Positions 1 through 16,391 of a DNA stretch of 64,000 nt are shown here, piece after piece; within the stretch, counting starts at the first letter, position 1, and each line of letters starts with the position of its first letter. The notes beneath the pieces are model-generated. The model was given only the letters and a program-made list of their open reading frames with translations, was not told the origin of the DNA and did no database searches. Origin of the DNA: the human T2T-CHM13v2.0 reference genome, Homo sapiens; the NCBI RefSeq assembly GCF_009914755.1, contig NC_060937.1; one strand, 5' to 3'. The position numbers were made by a program, and so were the translations under genes.

Positions 1-139
1 ATTTTTAGCCTGGTTTAATTTTTGTAGTTATTTTTGTCGTTATTGTTGCCTGAAAGTGTAAATGCAAAGAATGGCAGATATTTTTATTTTACAATCAAGG
101 AGTGAGCATTAGAAGACACTTTTTTTTTTTTTTCGGAAA

Positions 140-1283
140 GACAGCACCTTTATCTGCTACATTTTCTGTGGCTTCCTCAAGTTAAGAAGCTAAAACTCAT
201 TTTTCCAGTTTTCCTTGCATCTACAGCTCAGCAATGCAAATTATACTTCTCTAGTTAGATGTATTTGTTCAAGATGCTTGTATAGAATAGTTACAACAGC
301 AGATACTCAATCATTTCCCTCTTGTGAGTGTAGCAAAGTATGACAGAAGTATTCTTCTTTTGAGGCAGTGATGCCCGAGGTGGTAGCAGAATTAGCTCAT
401 ACCCAGTGTCAATGGTGCAAACTGAGACTCTTGGCTCACTAGCACTGTCAGCTGAATCTCATCATGTATATTTTTATTTCTGTAAATCATTGGGGAAATA
501 TAATTAAAACAAAATGTTCTACTAACCAGAAAACCTCTTGATAAAGGTAGTAAAGAAAGAAAGCAGTTTTATTATTAAATAATCCTTCAACCAGAATGTG
601 TTGCCCATAACAGATAATCGCTAAGAGATTGCAAAAACAGAAAGAAATCTCATCCTTTTACATAAATAAGCAGATAAAACCCATCACATACTTGTTGTCA
701 AGATAAACTATTACTAGTCTTTAAGGAGGAGGACTTGAACACGCCATTGGCCCTATGTCATTTATCCTAGATTCACCTGGTAATTTGGGTGTTCATCTGT
801 GTTAGCTAATTGGCTTTATACAGAGGAAAAACTAAGTTGTTATATCTTGATAAAACGAAGTAATTTTGCAACTTAGAGCAAGTCTTCCCTTAAAGTTAGG
901 CTCCTATCCTGCCACAGAGACTGGGAGATAAGTTTGCTATCTTCCCTGATATTTACATTTCTGTTTCTGAGTCCTTGTAATTTTCAAATGGAATTATGCG
1001 TGTTTCAGAGAGAGGAAAATGTACTTAATTAAAAGTTTTCTAAGGTAAATGCTCTCAGAAAAATGGAGGGAAAAAAGTGTCTTTTGTTATTTTCAAAAGA
1101 GAGAAGTAAGCCTCTTATTTTAAGTCTTTATTTGTCCTTACAATCTGTAGTCTGTGGTCCTAAATCTTTTGTCCTCCAAATTTTTGTGAATTTTCTAATA
1201 TACAGTAAAATACTTTTTGTTATATATTTCATAATATAACTCAAGTGGGGTTCTCTTACTTGCAAATAGTTACCTAACTGACA
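140..1283 (+). mobile_element. Old ERVL-type solo LTR (LTR16/LTR33-like), split by the LTR at 515-1142
   Basis: 'gctaaaactcatttttccagttttccttgcatct' resembles the LTR16/33 core. A typical 3' end 'ggttctcttacttgcaaatagttacctaactgaca' resumes after 1143. Confidence 0.45.
515..1142 (-). mobile_element. ERV1-class solo LTR, MER67-like
   Basis: TG...CA termini (tgtt at 515, ttaca at 1142). 'gctaagagattgcaaaaacagaaagaaatctcatccttttacata' and 'ttcacctggtaatttgggtg' match my recollection of MER67. Confidence 0.6.
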
Positions 1284-1294
1284 ATAATATATCA

Positions 1295-1462
1295 TCATCT
1301 TATTTAATCCTCATAACAACTCTAACAAATAGGAGCTTATTTGTAGAAATTATAATTTCAAAGATACTTACATAGCTTACCAATTATGTAAATACTGAGT
1401 GAATAGTTGAACTGTGATGTGAAACCAGCTCCATTTGATTCTAGACCATTGCTCATAATCAA
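1295..1462 (-). mobile_element. MIR SINE fragment
   Basis: 'tatttaatcctcataacaactct...gtgaaaccagctccatttgattctaga' is MIR core in antisense. Confidence 0.6.
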
Positions 1463-1629
1463 GACATTCTTATATGTTTCCTTTCAAAGTATTTGACTAA
1501 CAACCACTTAGGCAATCAAATTATGCTAAGGCTGTCTCATTTGATCAATTCCCTGTCTTTCATTTAAAAATAACTTAGAGGTAACACTCAAATGACAGTG
1601 TGTAAGTTTTAGTTTCCCTGAAAAAGACA

Positions 1630-1644
1630 TGTGTGCCTGTGTGG

Positions 1645-1684
<40 letters not shown>
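1630..1684. repeat. (TG)n microsatellite
   Basis: Directly visible; perfect GT run ~1651-1684. Confidence 0.95.
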
Positions 1685-1686
<2 letters not shown>

Positions 1687-2054
1687 TGGATGTTGATTAT
1701 TATTTGGCCTATGAAGCATCCATTCCCATCTTATGTTAAGAGCCTGACAACTTCATCAACTTCATTTGACATGTTATCTCTCCCCAATTATGTTTGCTTT
1801 AAGTGGGACTGTAAAGAAAGGAGTTTTTATTATAAGCAAGATAAAGAAATGACACTTAACAAAATCTGTAACAATTGGACTTTGTCTCTTGAAATCTGGA
1901 GTCCTGACCACGATATAGGTTTAAATATGTATCAGAAAACCTGCCCTGTATATCCATGTAACAAACCTGCACACGTATCTTAAAGAAAAAAAAATTAGAA
2001 AAGGAAACTCGAAGGAAAGAAGGCTTAAAGACATAATGATATATATTTCAAATC

Positions 2055-2490
2055 AAAACAGTTTGGGGGTAGACAATGGGCCTGGCATGGTGGTTCTATA
2101 AACCCCAGGAATCAGATTCTTTCTCCTTCTCCTATGCTCTCTCCAGCACATGGCTTCCTTTCCCAATAATGTTTCAGGATCAGGGATAGAGCCCCAGGCA
2201 TCCCATTTGCCTTTCAGGTAGTAGCACAGAAAAAGGCGAGGAGGACAACAGATAAGTGCTAGATAGCTGAGACAGTAACCTTTAAGAAGTTTTCCAAGAT
2301 TTTCTTTATAGCATTTCCATTGTTGTGGAATTAGCTAGAACATAGTTACAACACATGGTTTAGTGATTACAATAAAAACAAAGAAGGATGGGAAATGTTT
2401 AATTTTTTTAGGTGAAGAATCTCAACACAAAAAGTAAGAGCCTATTACTAAGAATAAAAGAAGAGCTATTGAGTATGAAATTAGAGGGAC
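2055..2490 (-). mobile_element. MLT1 (J/K-like) MaLR solo LTR, degraded
   Basis: 'gccccaggcatcccatttgcctttcagg', 'aagaaggatgggaaatg' and 'ctattactaagaa' resemble old MLT1 motifs. Confidence 0.5.
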
Positions 2491-5004
2491 AATAATTGAA
2501 GATGGTCATTTCAGTGGCAACACTTTGCTTAAACTGACAATATTTCCTGTCTTTTATAAGAGATAATTTGGCTCTGTCCTTTTTTATGCCTGGTTCTCCA
2601 TGTTGCCTGATGATTTCATGAGCTCAATAACTTTCTAATAAATTTATTTTCTAATTAAAGCAAGATTATAAAACTATGTCTAACCCAAGACAACTTAGGA
2701 TCCTATACCAAATTTAAAGGAATTTCATCCTGATTGTATGGACATGTGTGGGCTTGCAATATTGCCAAACATTGTGTGGCAGCCAGACGTCATAGCAAAC
2801 AAACAAATTTGGATCTACAGTAAAGTTCAGAGGCACACAGATTTACAATTTGAATATGAACACTTAACAAAACTTACTAACCTGTCAGGTTCTATTAATT
2901 GACCTTTGGAGAGTAGAGTATTAGCAGTTTATGAAGTAAACATCCTTTAATAAAAGCTTAAAAATGACTTGTATATTTTATATCATTATATAAAATATTA
3001 ATGCAACATTTGTGGAAAACCTGAGGAGCATGCATTAAAGATTGAAAAATACTGCTTAAAAGATAGTAGAGAATAATTACATTTGAGGAATGGTAGAGAT
3101 ACCTAAATTTTATCAGCAACATCTTAAATTCTTGGTCCTCAATTTCATCATTACTTTCTTCTCTGTTTTTTTTTTTTTTAATAGAAAGTGAGGTGCTATA
3201 AAAGTAAATGATAAAAATTGCACTGCCTCCTAGGGATATTTTCAAGCCATGAAGTAAAATCTATATAAACATGGACATGGTTTAGTGATTGCAGATATTT
3301 TATTTTTCTAGAATAGAACGTTATGATTTTATACTGAAGTCTCTGACCACAAGCCATGTAAAGAAAACATAAAATCATCCCTTCCAGAAAACTCTATCTG
3401 TAACCCTTAACAAAGCAGAGTACGTATGCTTAGACAATAATTTTCCAATTTTTGTTTCGATTTTTAAACGTATATATGTTAAAGTTTTAAATGTTTAAGA
3501 AATAATTAATAGTTTAATGTTTCTATGCACTAAAAAAAAGTGCAGCCTTAGTCAAAGAAAAAAACTTGTTACCACAATATTTCTTGCATCTTCACAGATT
3601 GCTTCATCAGTTTTTTCCACACTTACTAATGTCACATTTGCATCAATAGCTGTGAATACTGGGAACTTGTTATATCTGACTAATATTCTGTGGTTACTTT
3701 AATTGGATAATATATATGAAAAGATTCTGGTCTTGTTGTCCACATGCTGTAACAGACCTTAAATATGATGGTAGATTTCAAAGTACCTTATAGTTTAAAA
3801 ATAAAATATAATCTATCTAAAGACAACAGTTTTTCCCATTTAAATGATTATACATTCTTACATGACATAAATTTTAATACCTTAGCTTTTAGTAACAACA
3901 ACAAAAATGCTAAGCAGAAATGCTTATTATATATTGCTGAGTTATTTAGTGGAGGCAGAAATAACTAATTTTTCATGTAGAATTCTCAATAAAATATTCC
4001 GAAACTCAATTTTTAAATGACATCATTCACTTCACTTCTTTTGGTGAAAAACTTGCGTTAAAATGAAATTATTCTAGAATTATGATGACTATAAATCATT
4101 GACAGTAAGGGACACTTTCAGACAGATAAGAATTCAGTGTGTTTTAAAAATTTCCCTTGAATATTTGAAATTATGTTTTAAAAATTTTGGAAAAATAGAA
4201 ATTCACACACAGAAAAATATCAACATTATTAAGAAAAAGGCAAAAAAGTTTTAGAAATGTGTGTGTATATATATACATATATATATAAAACTTGGTATCA
4301 TTAGTATAACAGACACAACTGAATATTTCAAGTGCAGTTTTCTTGCATGTGTGTTTAAATTTTTCCTTCCCAAACCTGAAATGGATTGCATAGGGAATGA
4401 ATTTGCCTTGCCTCTTCTAACTATCCTTACAGATCAGCAGCATACATATTTTGTCCCCACAGAGTCTTTGCTTCTATGTACATCATAGATACATTCTCCA
4501 AGAAAAACTTATGTATATAATAGGTTGAGAGAAGTTTTGATTTAAAATGGGAAAATAGTTCTATTAAAGCAATACTCTTTCTTTAAACAGAGTTTCCTGT
4601 AGCCCTAAATGTCCTAAAAAATATTTAATCAATAATTGCTAAATTTTTAACTATTATACAACTGGCAACATGAATCCTTGAATCCAGGTGTGTAATTCAG
4701 AAATTAAACCCTGATCACAGTTGGAGTTAAGAACCACTCTGGCGTATTTGAGAAATTGCCTCTCTCTAACAGGAAGGAAAAAAAAAAACTTTAAAAGTAT
4801 GTGCATTCATATGTATTTGGTAGGCACCAATGGATTTGAGATATAAGGGGAAAAACTTAAATAATATTTTCACAAAGCTAATCTGAAAATGTGCTAGACA
4901 GTGCCATTGGCCTGATTAATGAAGCTTTTATCCCATATTCTTCACCTAGAATATCAGATTTTTTGGATATAATAAGGACTGTCTAAGCAATAACAAACTG
5001 ACTT

Positions 5005-5192
5005 TTAAAAATCAGAAAAGCATCTCAATAGTTGTTGAGAAAACTGTTGACAAAATTTAATGCCCACTACTGATTTAAAAAAAAAAAAAAAAACACAACT
5101 CCCGGCCAATATAGAATAGAACGGAGGTTCCTCAACCTCATAAGGTACATCAAAGAAAATTACGACTAACATCATACTTAATGGAATAACCA
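5005..5192 (+). mobile_element. Old L1M ORF2 fragment
   Basis: 'catctcaatagttgttgagaaaactgttgacaaaattt...ttcctcaacctcataa...ctaacatcatacttaatgg' matches the RT-region pattern [12 protein letters not shown]...TANIILNG. Confidence 0.7.
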
Positions 5193-5784
5193 TATTATAT
5201 GTCATTTCATAATATTTTCGCTGTTTCTTGGAACCATTGTTGTATAGAACATTACTTTTCTTATATCTTCTACCAACTTAGCTTCAAAAATCGGCTCTTC
5301 CTAAAACATGCTACTTCCTTTAGAACACAGGCAAAGCAGAGGAGGTCCCCATCACCCAATATTTCATGTATCATTAATTTATGAGCCCTCAGATATTTAA
5401 AAATAGCTTTCTGTTGCTTCAGTTACATTTTATCAATAATTACAATTCTCAGGTCTCAGATCGCATCCTTAATGTCTGGCACTTATTTTTGTGGAAAGGA
5501 GCAAGCCTTGAGTTTTCTGCTTTTTAAAATAATTTGCATTTTTATTTATAATGGTTATTGAAACTGTTTTCTTTCTTGAAATGTCTAGATTTCACCAAGA
5601 TAACGTCAGCTTGATTACTAATGCGAGATGTTTAACCTGTTTTCTATTCTACCAGGTTCAATGTTATCACATTATATTTTTCTTTGTCCTTCCTAAGTTC
5701 TGGAAGTTGTATGTTCTGAATTGATACTAAAAAATAGTTTATGTTTGAAAGTAGAAAAGAAAGTCTTACCTTTCTTATAAAACA

Positions 5785-7875
<2,091 letters not shown>

Positions 7876-8339
7876 ATGTTACAAAAGGTTTAACTTTTTG
7901 GTCATACCTTTTGGATCTTGGTTTTATATACTAAGGGGATCAGTTCCTATCATATTTTCCAACTAGGCAGGTTACCATTTTTTAAAGGTGAACCACGTAT
8001 TAGCAATAATTTATTATTTTTGATTTAAAAAATTCTATCTCATAATACCACAGTTACAGGATATTCCTCTGGCATATATTTTCTTTTAGATGCTATTATC
8101 TTTATTAATTAAAAATTATCTTGAGAGGCTTTTAGACATTTATGTTAAATTGAATGTTTATGGTCTATTTGTCTTCTTATAGATTGGATAGATAGAAAGA
8201 TTGGGAAGCTAGTTACAAAGGTTGAATTGGAAGTTAGAATATAAATGTAAGACTCTACTTTAAAATCTGAAATTAACATATTTAGTAATATCATAATTGC
8301 TATCAAGTTGAACTATGGGAAATATTATGATCCGTAGTT

Positions 8340-8492
8340 GGGAATCAAATATTTACTAGTTGTATGAGTTTGATAGCTTTCCTTGATTCTTTTAAGCCTT
8401 AGTGCTTAATCTAAAAAAACGGGATAGTAGTATTACAAAATCAGAGTGTTTTGACAATTAGATGATATAATTAATGTAAAATGTGTAGTAGG
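8340..8492 (+). mobile_element. MIR fragment
   Basis: 'atttactagttgtatgagtttg...taagccttagtg...atctaaaaaaacgggatagtagta...ttagatgatataattaatgtaaa'. Confidence 0.6.
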
Positions 8493-9415
8493 ATTTTAGT
8501 GAAGCGTTTTTAATGACAATGGACTATTAGTATTTATTACTTTAAAAATAATCTCATAAATCTTGTTATTCATGTAACTAAATGTAATTACTATTATTTT
8601 AGTGCAACCAAATATAGCATTTCTAAATTCAGTTTGCTGAAAATGCAAGGATAAAAGGATAATATAGAAAGTTGCCCAGAGCAACTTTCATCTCCAATTT
8701 GCAAATCTATGACCAGAAATCTCAGATAATTGGAACCTTACCACCTGGAAGATTTTAACTCTCCATTAAGGCCTTAAGATATCTAAAGTGTAGGTCAATA
8801 AACTGCTGAGCTGTTGTAATTGGACCCTTTAACTGATAATCATTAACTCGGAAGCAGGACAGTCCTTCTTTTATCAAAACAGAGAACAAACAAACAGAAA
8901 TCCTCAAAACCAAAATCCAAAAACAAAAATGAAAAACCAAAAACTTATAAAGAACTGAAGGAAGGGAAACAAGTGTCTGATTTCCATTTTATCCTCCTCC
9001 ATTAGGTGGCAGTGTGACTGTGGAGTATGAATTCCCACTAACCCTTTATACATTAGGGAAGATTTCAAATTGTTTCAGTCATAAAAAATGGCTTTTTTTC
9101 AGTGAGGTCTAAGAAATTCACAATTTAAAAAAAATTTAATAGCTGAAAGCATGGATCTGGAATTATGAAATGTTTTATTACCCCTCATTAACATAAAATA
9201 GCTTAGATAATACTGTGACATATTGTATACATAACAATTATATGCATTACATGAATAAGCATCCTTATTTCCCACACACCATATACATGAGCATTTCTAC
9301 AACACAAAACTTGAAATTATAATTTCATTTGTTAGTCAGTGAATAACTGATAGAGAAAAAAGATGTGCTTTATCTATTAGTCTTTGGTATTCAGAGATTC
9401 TTCTGTTTTTTCTAG

Positions 9416-9780
<365 letters not shown>

Positions 9781-10208
9781 TAATAGTCAATTGATAATGT
9801 AAACATACTGAGTGATGGAGAAAGAAAACCCCCCCCAAAATAGGGAAAGGAAGTGAAGGGGAAGCATTCGCTTAGAGTCAAGATACAAATTATTATTATT
9901 TAATTTTATTAAAAATTCAAATGAGTCTGAGCTAATGCTGGTGGGGGTTATCAGGTGGAAAAGGATGCACAGATATACTTCCTGGGGTATGTAGGTCCAA
10001 ATCAGGTGCTTTAATAAGGAGTATATAGGCGTATACATGAAGGAAAATGAATTTCTGGAGAATCCAGAAAGAATGAGGTGGAAAATGAATTAAGGGAAGA
10101 AAATAAAAACAAGTCAGTTCACACTGATGTTTAGGGTACCTATAGACATACTTGTCTTAGTTGATATTGTCCATCGTATGCTGTTGAAACCCTCTTTCCA
10201 TAGCAGCC

Positions 10209-10716
<508 letters not shown>

Positions 10717-10717
<1 letters not shown>

Positions 10718-12552
10718 GAATTCGTTTTCTTAAATCTCATGAAAATTAAAAGTATTTTTATGTAAATATAAAGAAACATGGGTAATTGAAAAATAGGTCA
10801 TTCTAGAGGAAATGTTTTCTATAAGAAAAATTTTATTCTCAGTTATTTATTGTGAAGCAATGTAATTGAAATTATTTCTAATCAGCTCAGGAGAAAAGTC
10901 AATACATTTGAAAAATCTACAGAGATAAATGTGTAGACATTATCTAATGATCTCTGCACTGTTTTGATTGCTTTTTCAGATTTATTGAATTTTAAAATTG
11001 TTTTTATTTTTAAAATTAGATACAGTATATGAAAGTTTATAACAACATTAATTTTATTCAAAAAGATTTTTAAGCATACTACCTGACACTTTCATTAATT
11101 TTGAAACATGGGTTTTTCTTTTCTTTTATACTCTACTTATTCTTTAACGATATTAGTCTATTTTGTAAGTCAGTACACATTTCAATTCCTGGCCTCAACT
11201 AAAGAAAATAGCTTATGCTGGTTAGTCACTCAACTAGAGCTTGGAGTAGCACTCAAATCCTTGTTGAACAAATGAATTGCTAAACACTAGAGTGATGCAT
11301 TAAAAGCATACTGAGCTTAATGAACCTAGAATAAAATGAGGAGAGTAACCACGATTATTAAAGGTCATCAACAGTTCAGCAAATGTAGAAGCTTGTCCCT
11401 ATATTTCATCTTTATAACGTGAAGACTTATTTTCACAAAAGGAGTCTCATTAGGTATTCTTAATATGTGTGTAGAGTCATTAGCCTTCAAAATAAAAATT
11501 GTTGATAAAGTTGTCACACATAGAAAATCACTTTGAGAGAGCCACGAGCTTGAGAGTATACATATCAATTATTTGCCCAATGAACTAATAATCCCTTGGC
11601 AATCTTTCCTTTTTAAATATTTAAAGAAGTGATCTAAGTCCCAATATCAGGAGACGAAAGGCAGAGGATCATGTAGGGACTCATGGTTAGTGGGAGAGAC
11701 TGGCTAGAATAAAGGAATGTATAACAGATTTTTAAAAATAATAATTCACTTGAAATTTTATTGATATTTTTCTCATCAGATAATACTGTATCAATTTGCA
11801 ATTTCTGGCACGAAGTGGCTGCCAATAGACGTTTGCGGAACAAATGGGATATGTAAACACATAAGGGGATACAACAAACAAAAATATTTTAGTTGCTTTT
11901 CTTCACAAATTAAATGCTACAGAATTGCACATTTTACTTATGAACAAAATTCTTGAATGTATACAGGCATAGTGAATATATTATGCTTGTTTTATTACTA
12001 ATATTTCATAATCAGTAGTTATGATTAAATTGATAATATTTTAGTTGTTGTTTTGAGAAATTATTTTCTTTTCACTTTTAATTCTGTTATGCTTCATATT
12101 TCATATTAATATTGTAGATAATCACTTTATAGTAAAACTATACTAAAATATTGTTATAGGATAGTAGCAAAAATAAACATATAGTGTTGTATATTAAATT
12201 ATCTGTGCACTCATAAGGAAACATAAGTTCCAAATTGGCACACTTAATTATACTTAAAGAAATGCATGTTTTTTACTGTATAAAATACAGGCACTGTCAT
12301 TTTAATTCATGGGCTTTTATATCATTCAGATATCCGCAAGTTACTGAATTGTTTTCTTAAATCTAATGAAAAGTAAAAGTATTTTTATGCAAATATAAAA
12401 AGTCATAGGTAATTTGAAGATAGCTAATTCCAGGGGAAATGTTTTCTGAAAGAAAAATTTGATTCTCAATTAATTATTACAAGCCATATAATTATTTCTA
12501 ATCAGCCTTGGAGAAAAGTCAACACATTTGGGAAGTCTAAATATGAGATAAA
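10717..12552 (+). repeat. Dispersed ~210-bp direct duplication (10717-10929 and 12345-12552)
   Basis: Copies align by eye: 'gttttcttaaatct.atgaaa.taaaagtatttttatg.aaatataaa...ggaaatgttttct..aagaaaaattt.attctca...aattatttctaatcagc...ggagaaaagtcaa.acatttg'. Confidence 0.9.
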
Positions 12553-13793
12553 GGTCCCAGAATGTATTAGTTATTAATTGTTTTACATTGTGGACTCTAA
12601 GCTTATGTTAAAAATAAAGATTAACCATGCATGTAATAAAAATCTTTATTGCAAATAGCAGGAATCATTATATGACATAATAATTGTGTTTAAATTATAA
12701 TTTTCTAAATTTTTTAAACAGAATCCAATTATACTATGGTACAAACCAATGTTATAAGCAACTTAAGTACCTCTTTAGAAACAGGCAATATGAATTATAT
12801 CTGATTATTTTCAGTCATGTGAAAAGTTATTAATTTTATAAAGCTCTGAAAAATATACAAATATTTCACTTAGATAGATATAACCTATCACTGAGTTATA
12901 TTAGTGAGCTGGAAAATGTATAAAATGTATGCATTATTTTCAATATAACTCTTTTTTTTAGGTACATTTGGTTTTAAGGAGTATGCAGTTTGTATCTTTG
13001 TGTATATGTTCAAGAACACAAAAGTTTATGAGTGAATATGCATGATGCAAGAAGAAAACAGAAATATATAGATTTATTTCAGCACCATTGATCTGATTAT
13101 TTTAGTAGTTTCACCTGATAACTAATTTACAGTCTGATGTTTTTATGCCAAACAAACAAACAAAAAAACATTATGAGGTGCATTACTGTTCACTGTATAA
13201 GTGCTAAGATGTCTCTTGGGATAATTATGAAGACAGACATAATTGGCATGACCTAATCATAGAACACTTAGTGTCCTCTAAGGAGGGATGGAGTTTTGAG
13301 ATGCTAATAGTGCCTATCAGTTAAGTTTGATTTTCACCTTTATCTCTAACAGATTCATGGAAGACTTCTAAAGGAATAAGGGTGGAAGAACAGTCATAGA
13401 AAAAAGGAAAATACTGAAGTGTCATTTCACTACGTCTCTATAATATATTTGACAAAAAAAAGAGTAAAGCACTGCATATATGTCACAATGTATAATACAC
13501 AAAAGAATTTTTATTGTTGTTTTTAGTTGTTTATTTTTGTTTTTGCTGTACTTTTCAAGACAACATTACTTTAAACAAGCATACCTTCAAACACTAGCAG
13601 TTTTACTTCAGTTAATTGATAATTAAAACAACAAACATGTTTTTCATACAGCTAGACAGGCCCTCAAACTTATCATGTCTTAAATTTTTCTACTTTGGTT
13701 ACACCTTATAACAAGAATTGGACTTTGTACTACCTAAAATTTATGTATTAATACGATACATTTTCTAATTTTTTAAATTCATTTTCTGGTAGC

Positions 13794-14090
13794 TTTGTTT
13801 GTTTGTTTTTAAACAGGATCTTACACTGTCACCCAGGCTGGAGTGTAGTGGCACAATCGCGGCCCACTGCTGCCTTAACCTCCCACGCATAAGCCATCCT
13901 CCTACCTCAGCCTCCTGAGTAGCTGGAACTACTGGCACATGCCACCTCACCCAGATAATTTGTTAATTTTTGTAGAGATGAGTTTTTGTCATGTTGCCCA
14001 GGCTGGCCTTGAACTCCTGGGCTCAAGAAATCTGACCACCTTGGCCTCCCAAAGTGTTGGGATTACAGACGTGAGCCACCATGCCCGGAC
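13794..14090 (-). mobile_element. AluJ (Jo/Jr-like)
   Basis: J diagnostics 'ccatcctcctacctcagcc', 'tgttgcccaggctgg' and 'ctcctgggctcaag'. Confidence 0.9.
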
Positions 14091-15054
14091 TTCTTGTGTA
14101 ATTTTTTAAAAAAATGTTAATGATTAAAGTGCTAATGCTATAGGGACTTTAAGGATGATATTTAAGAGACTCCACAGTAAAATATATCTAATTTCTCAGT
14201 ATTATTTTTTATTACTCCAGTGGTACACCAAGTTTTTAATGTAACTCACAAATAGAGTACATTAAAGAAATATAACAGAAAAAAAAAAAAAGAATCCACA
14301 TTAATCTGGAAAGGGTAACAAAATTAAAGACTATATCTAGAAATACCCCAATAATTTTTGGTATTCCAATTGGTTAAAAACTTCTGAGATTTGCAACATG
14401 ATGAACAAAAGTATGTTTTACAAAAGGTTTAAAAATAAATGCTTCTTGACTATCATGTTCAAACCACTTCATTAGAAATTTAGGACTTAAATAGTATTGA
14501 ATATTTGAAAAATAACACATCATTTTGAATTGAGTCATATTAAATAAGCAAATGCATTTTGCCTTTGCTAATCTTTTATGTATTTTTTCTATATAACTAG
14601 ATGTACATATCTATGTAAATGTTATCTATATATATATATATTTTAAACCAGAAGCTAGGTTATTTTTTAACCAGAATCTAGTTGTTTCACAGATATTTTT
14701 TCCCACCAAGTAATAGACATGTTGAATAATAAAACATATATTATGACATGTTAAAATGTGCACTGGAAAGAAAAATATAGAAGTATTTAATTTCCTTTAT
14801 AAGAGATACAATAATGGATGTTATATCTTTGAATATGAACAGAATATATTCTATCTTTAAAAAATACTAATTGATTACTGATATATTTGTGTTAATTGAT
14901 TTAACTTCATCTATTTATTTTGGTGAAGAGAAGTATGGGTGAAAGAGTAGAAAAGGACCATATGCATAAAGGAGAAAAATAATGGGTGCCACAATGTAAA
15001 ATGTTTACTGTATAAAATTCTATGATATAATTATAGTGATGATTATGATGAAGA

Positions 15055-15175
15055 GGAAGTTTATCATTATTTTTACACATTCAAAACACGTAGAAATATT
15101 AAGTGATTACCAAAGATTATACTTATAGTAAGATTTAGAGCCAGAGATTGAGCCCAATATTTTTGGTTACTTTCT
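15055..15175 (-). mobile_element. MIR fragment
   Basis: 'attattttacacat...ttaagtgattaccaaagatt...agagccagagattgagccca'. Confidence 0.55.
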
Positions 15176-15979
15176 AATTAACATTGTATAGTTCTGCCTC
15201 TTGTTTCTTATCTTAGTGTACATTTTATACATTTATCAGGAGGACTACAATAATCTGAAACTCAAATTTCAGAAGATGCAGAACAGACAAACTTTATGGT
15301 ACAGTTTTTCTTTTTACAGATTTCTTTTACTGGGGGAATTGGTAGTTTTACTCTCTCAGATGCTAAGTAGGTGTTTTACCTATATTTTGGGATGATATGA
15401 CATAATGATATACAATGCAATTATAATATGATATAAAATAGCAGCTTAAATATTAATGTTTTTTAAATTTAATGATAATAAAGTCAATGAGATATGAAAA
15501 AACAACTTGTTCATAACTTATGAGAATTTTATTTCCCTTTGTCCCCTTCATCAGTTAAAATGGTTGTGCCTTACAACTTTTCCATTTTGCTTTGTGCTAT
15601 TTGTAGGCAGTCCTTTTGCAGTGATTAAAGTGCTAAATTTTAGTGAATCCATTAAAGGGAAAGTGACTAATTATGAGCATTAACAGTAAAGATTATGGGA
15701 AGTGCCATGTGTTTCATTGTGAATGCAGAAAACTGTTGTGTTAAAGCTATAATCTGAAATAATAAATGAATATAACATGGAATAGATAACAAAAAATATT
15801 CAGAGAAGAAATGCAGGCTGTTATCTCTGAAAACAATAAAGAAATTAGATAGGAAACAAAAAAAAGAGTTTTCATTATGCTACTTAGCTTTGAATAGCTG
15901 CTAGAGAACAGATATGAGATAGAATAGCTGGCCTCTCACATTCAATCACTTGCCATCTCCCTACAAACTTTGCCATCTT

Positions 15980-16365
15980 TCTGATATAGTGTCATTTATT
16001 TGTTCCCTGCCCGTAATGACCTTCCTCCTGTTCTTCCTCTCGGTAGCTAATGAAGTCCTATTCACTTTTTAGCGTGGAATTCAAAAGGCATCTTTTAAAA
16101 AATTAGCTTTCATGATACTGTAGTATTCTCTGAAATACATGAATCTTAATATTTATTATATAATCTACTGTAATTAGTAAAACATCTTACTTATAAAACT
16201 GTCCCACTGTAAGTGAATACATTCTCTAGAATTAGAACTAGAGAAATGAAAATAGAAAAATCACATGATCAAACACTGAAACCAACATATCCAATATATT
16301 CCAAGAATCTAGCACAGTACTGGCACAGGCTAAGTATTCACTAAATATTTAGTAAGGAAAAGATA
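15980..16365 (+). mobile_element. L2 3' region
   Basis: 'tgttccctgcccgtaatgaccttcctcc' and a terminal 'tctagcacagtactggcacagg...ttcactaaatattt'. Confidence 0.65.
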
Positions 16366-16391
16366 AATATTTGTCACATTTTATGACATTG

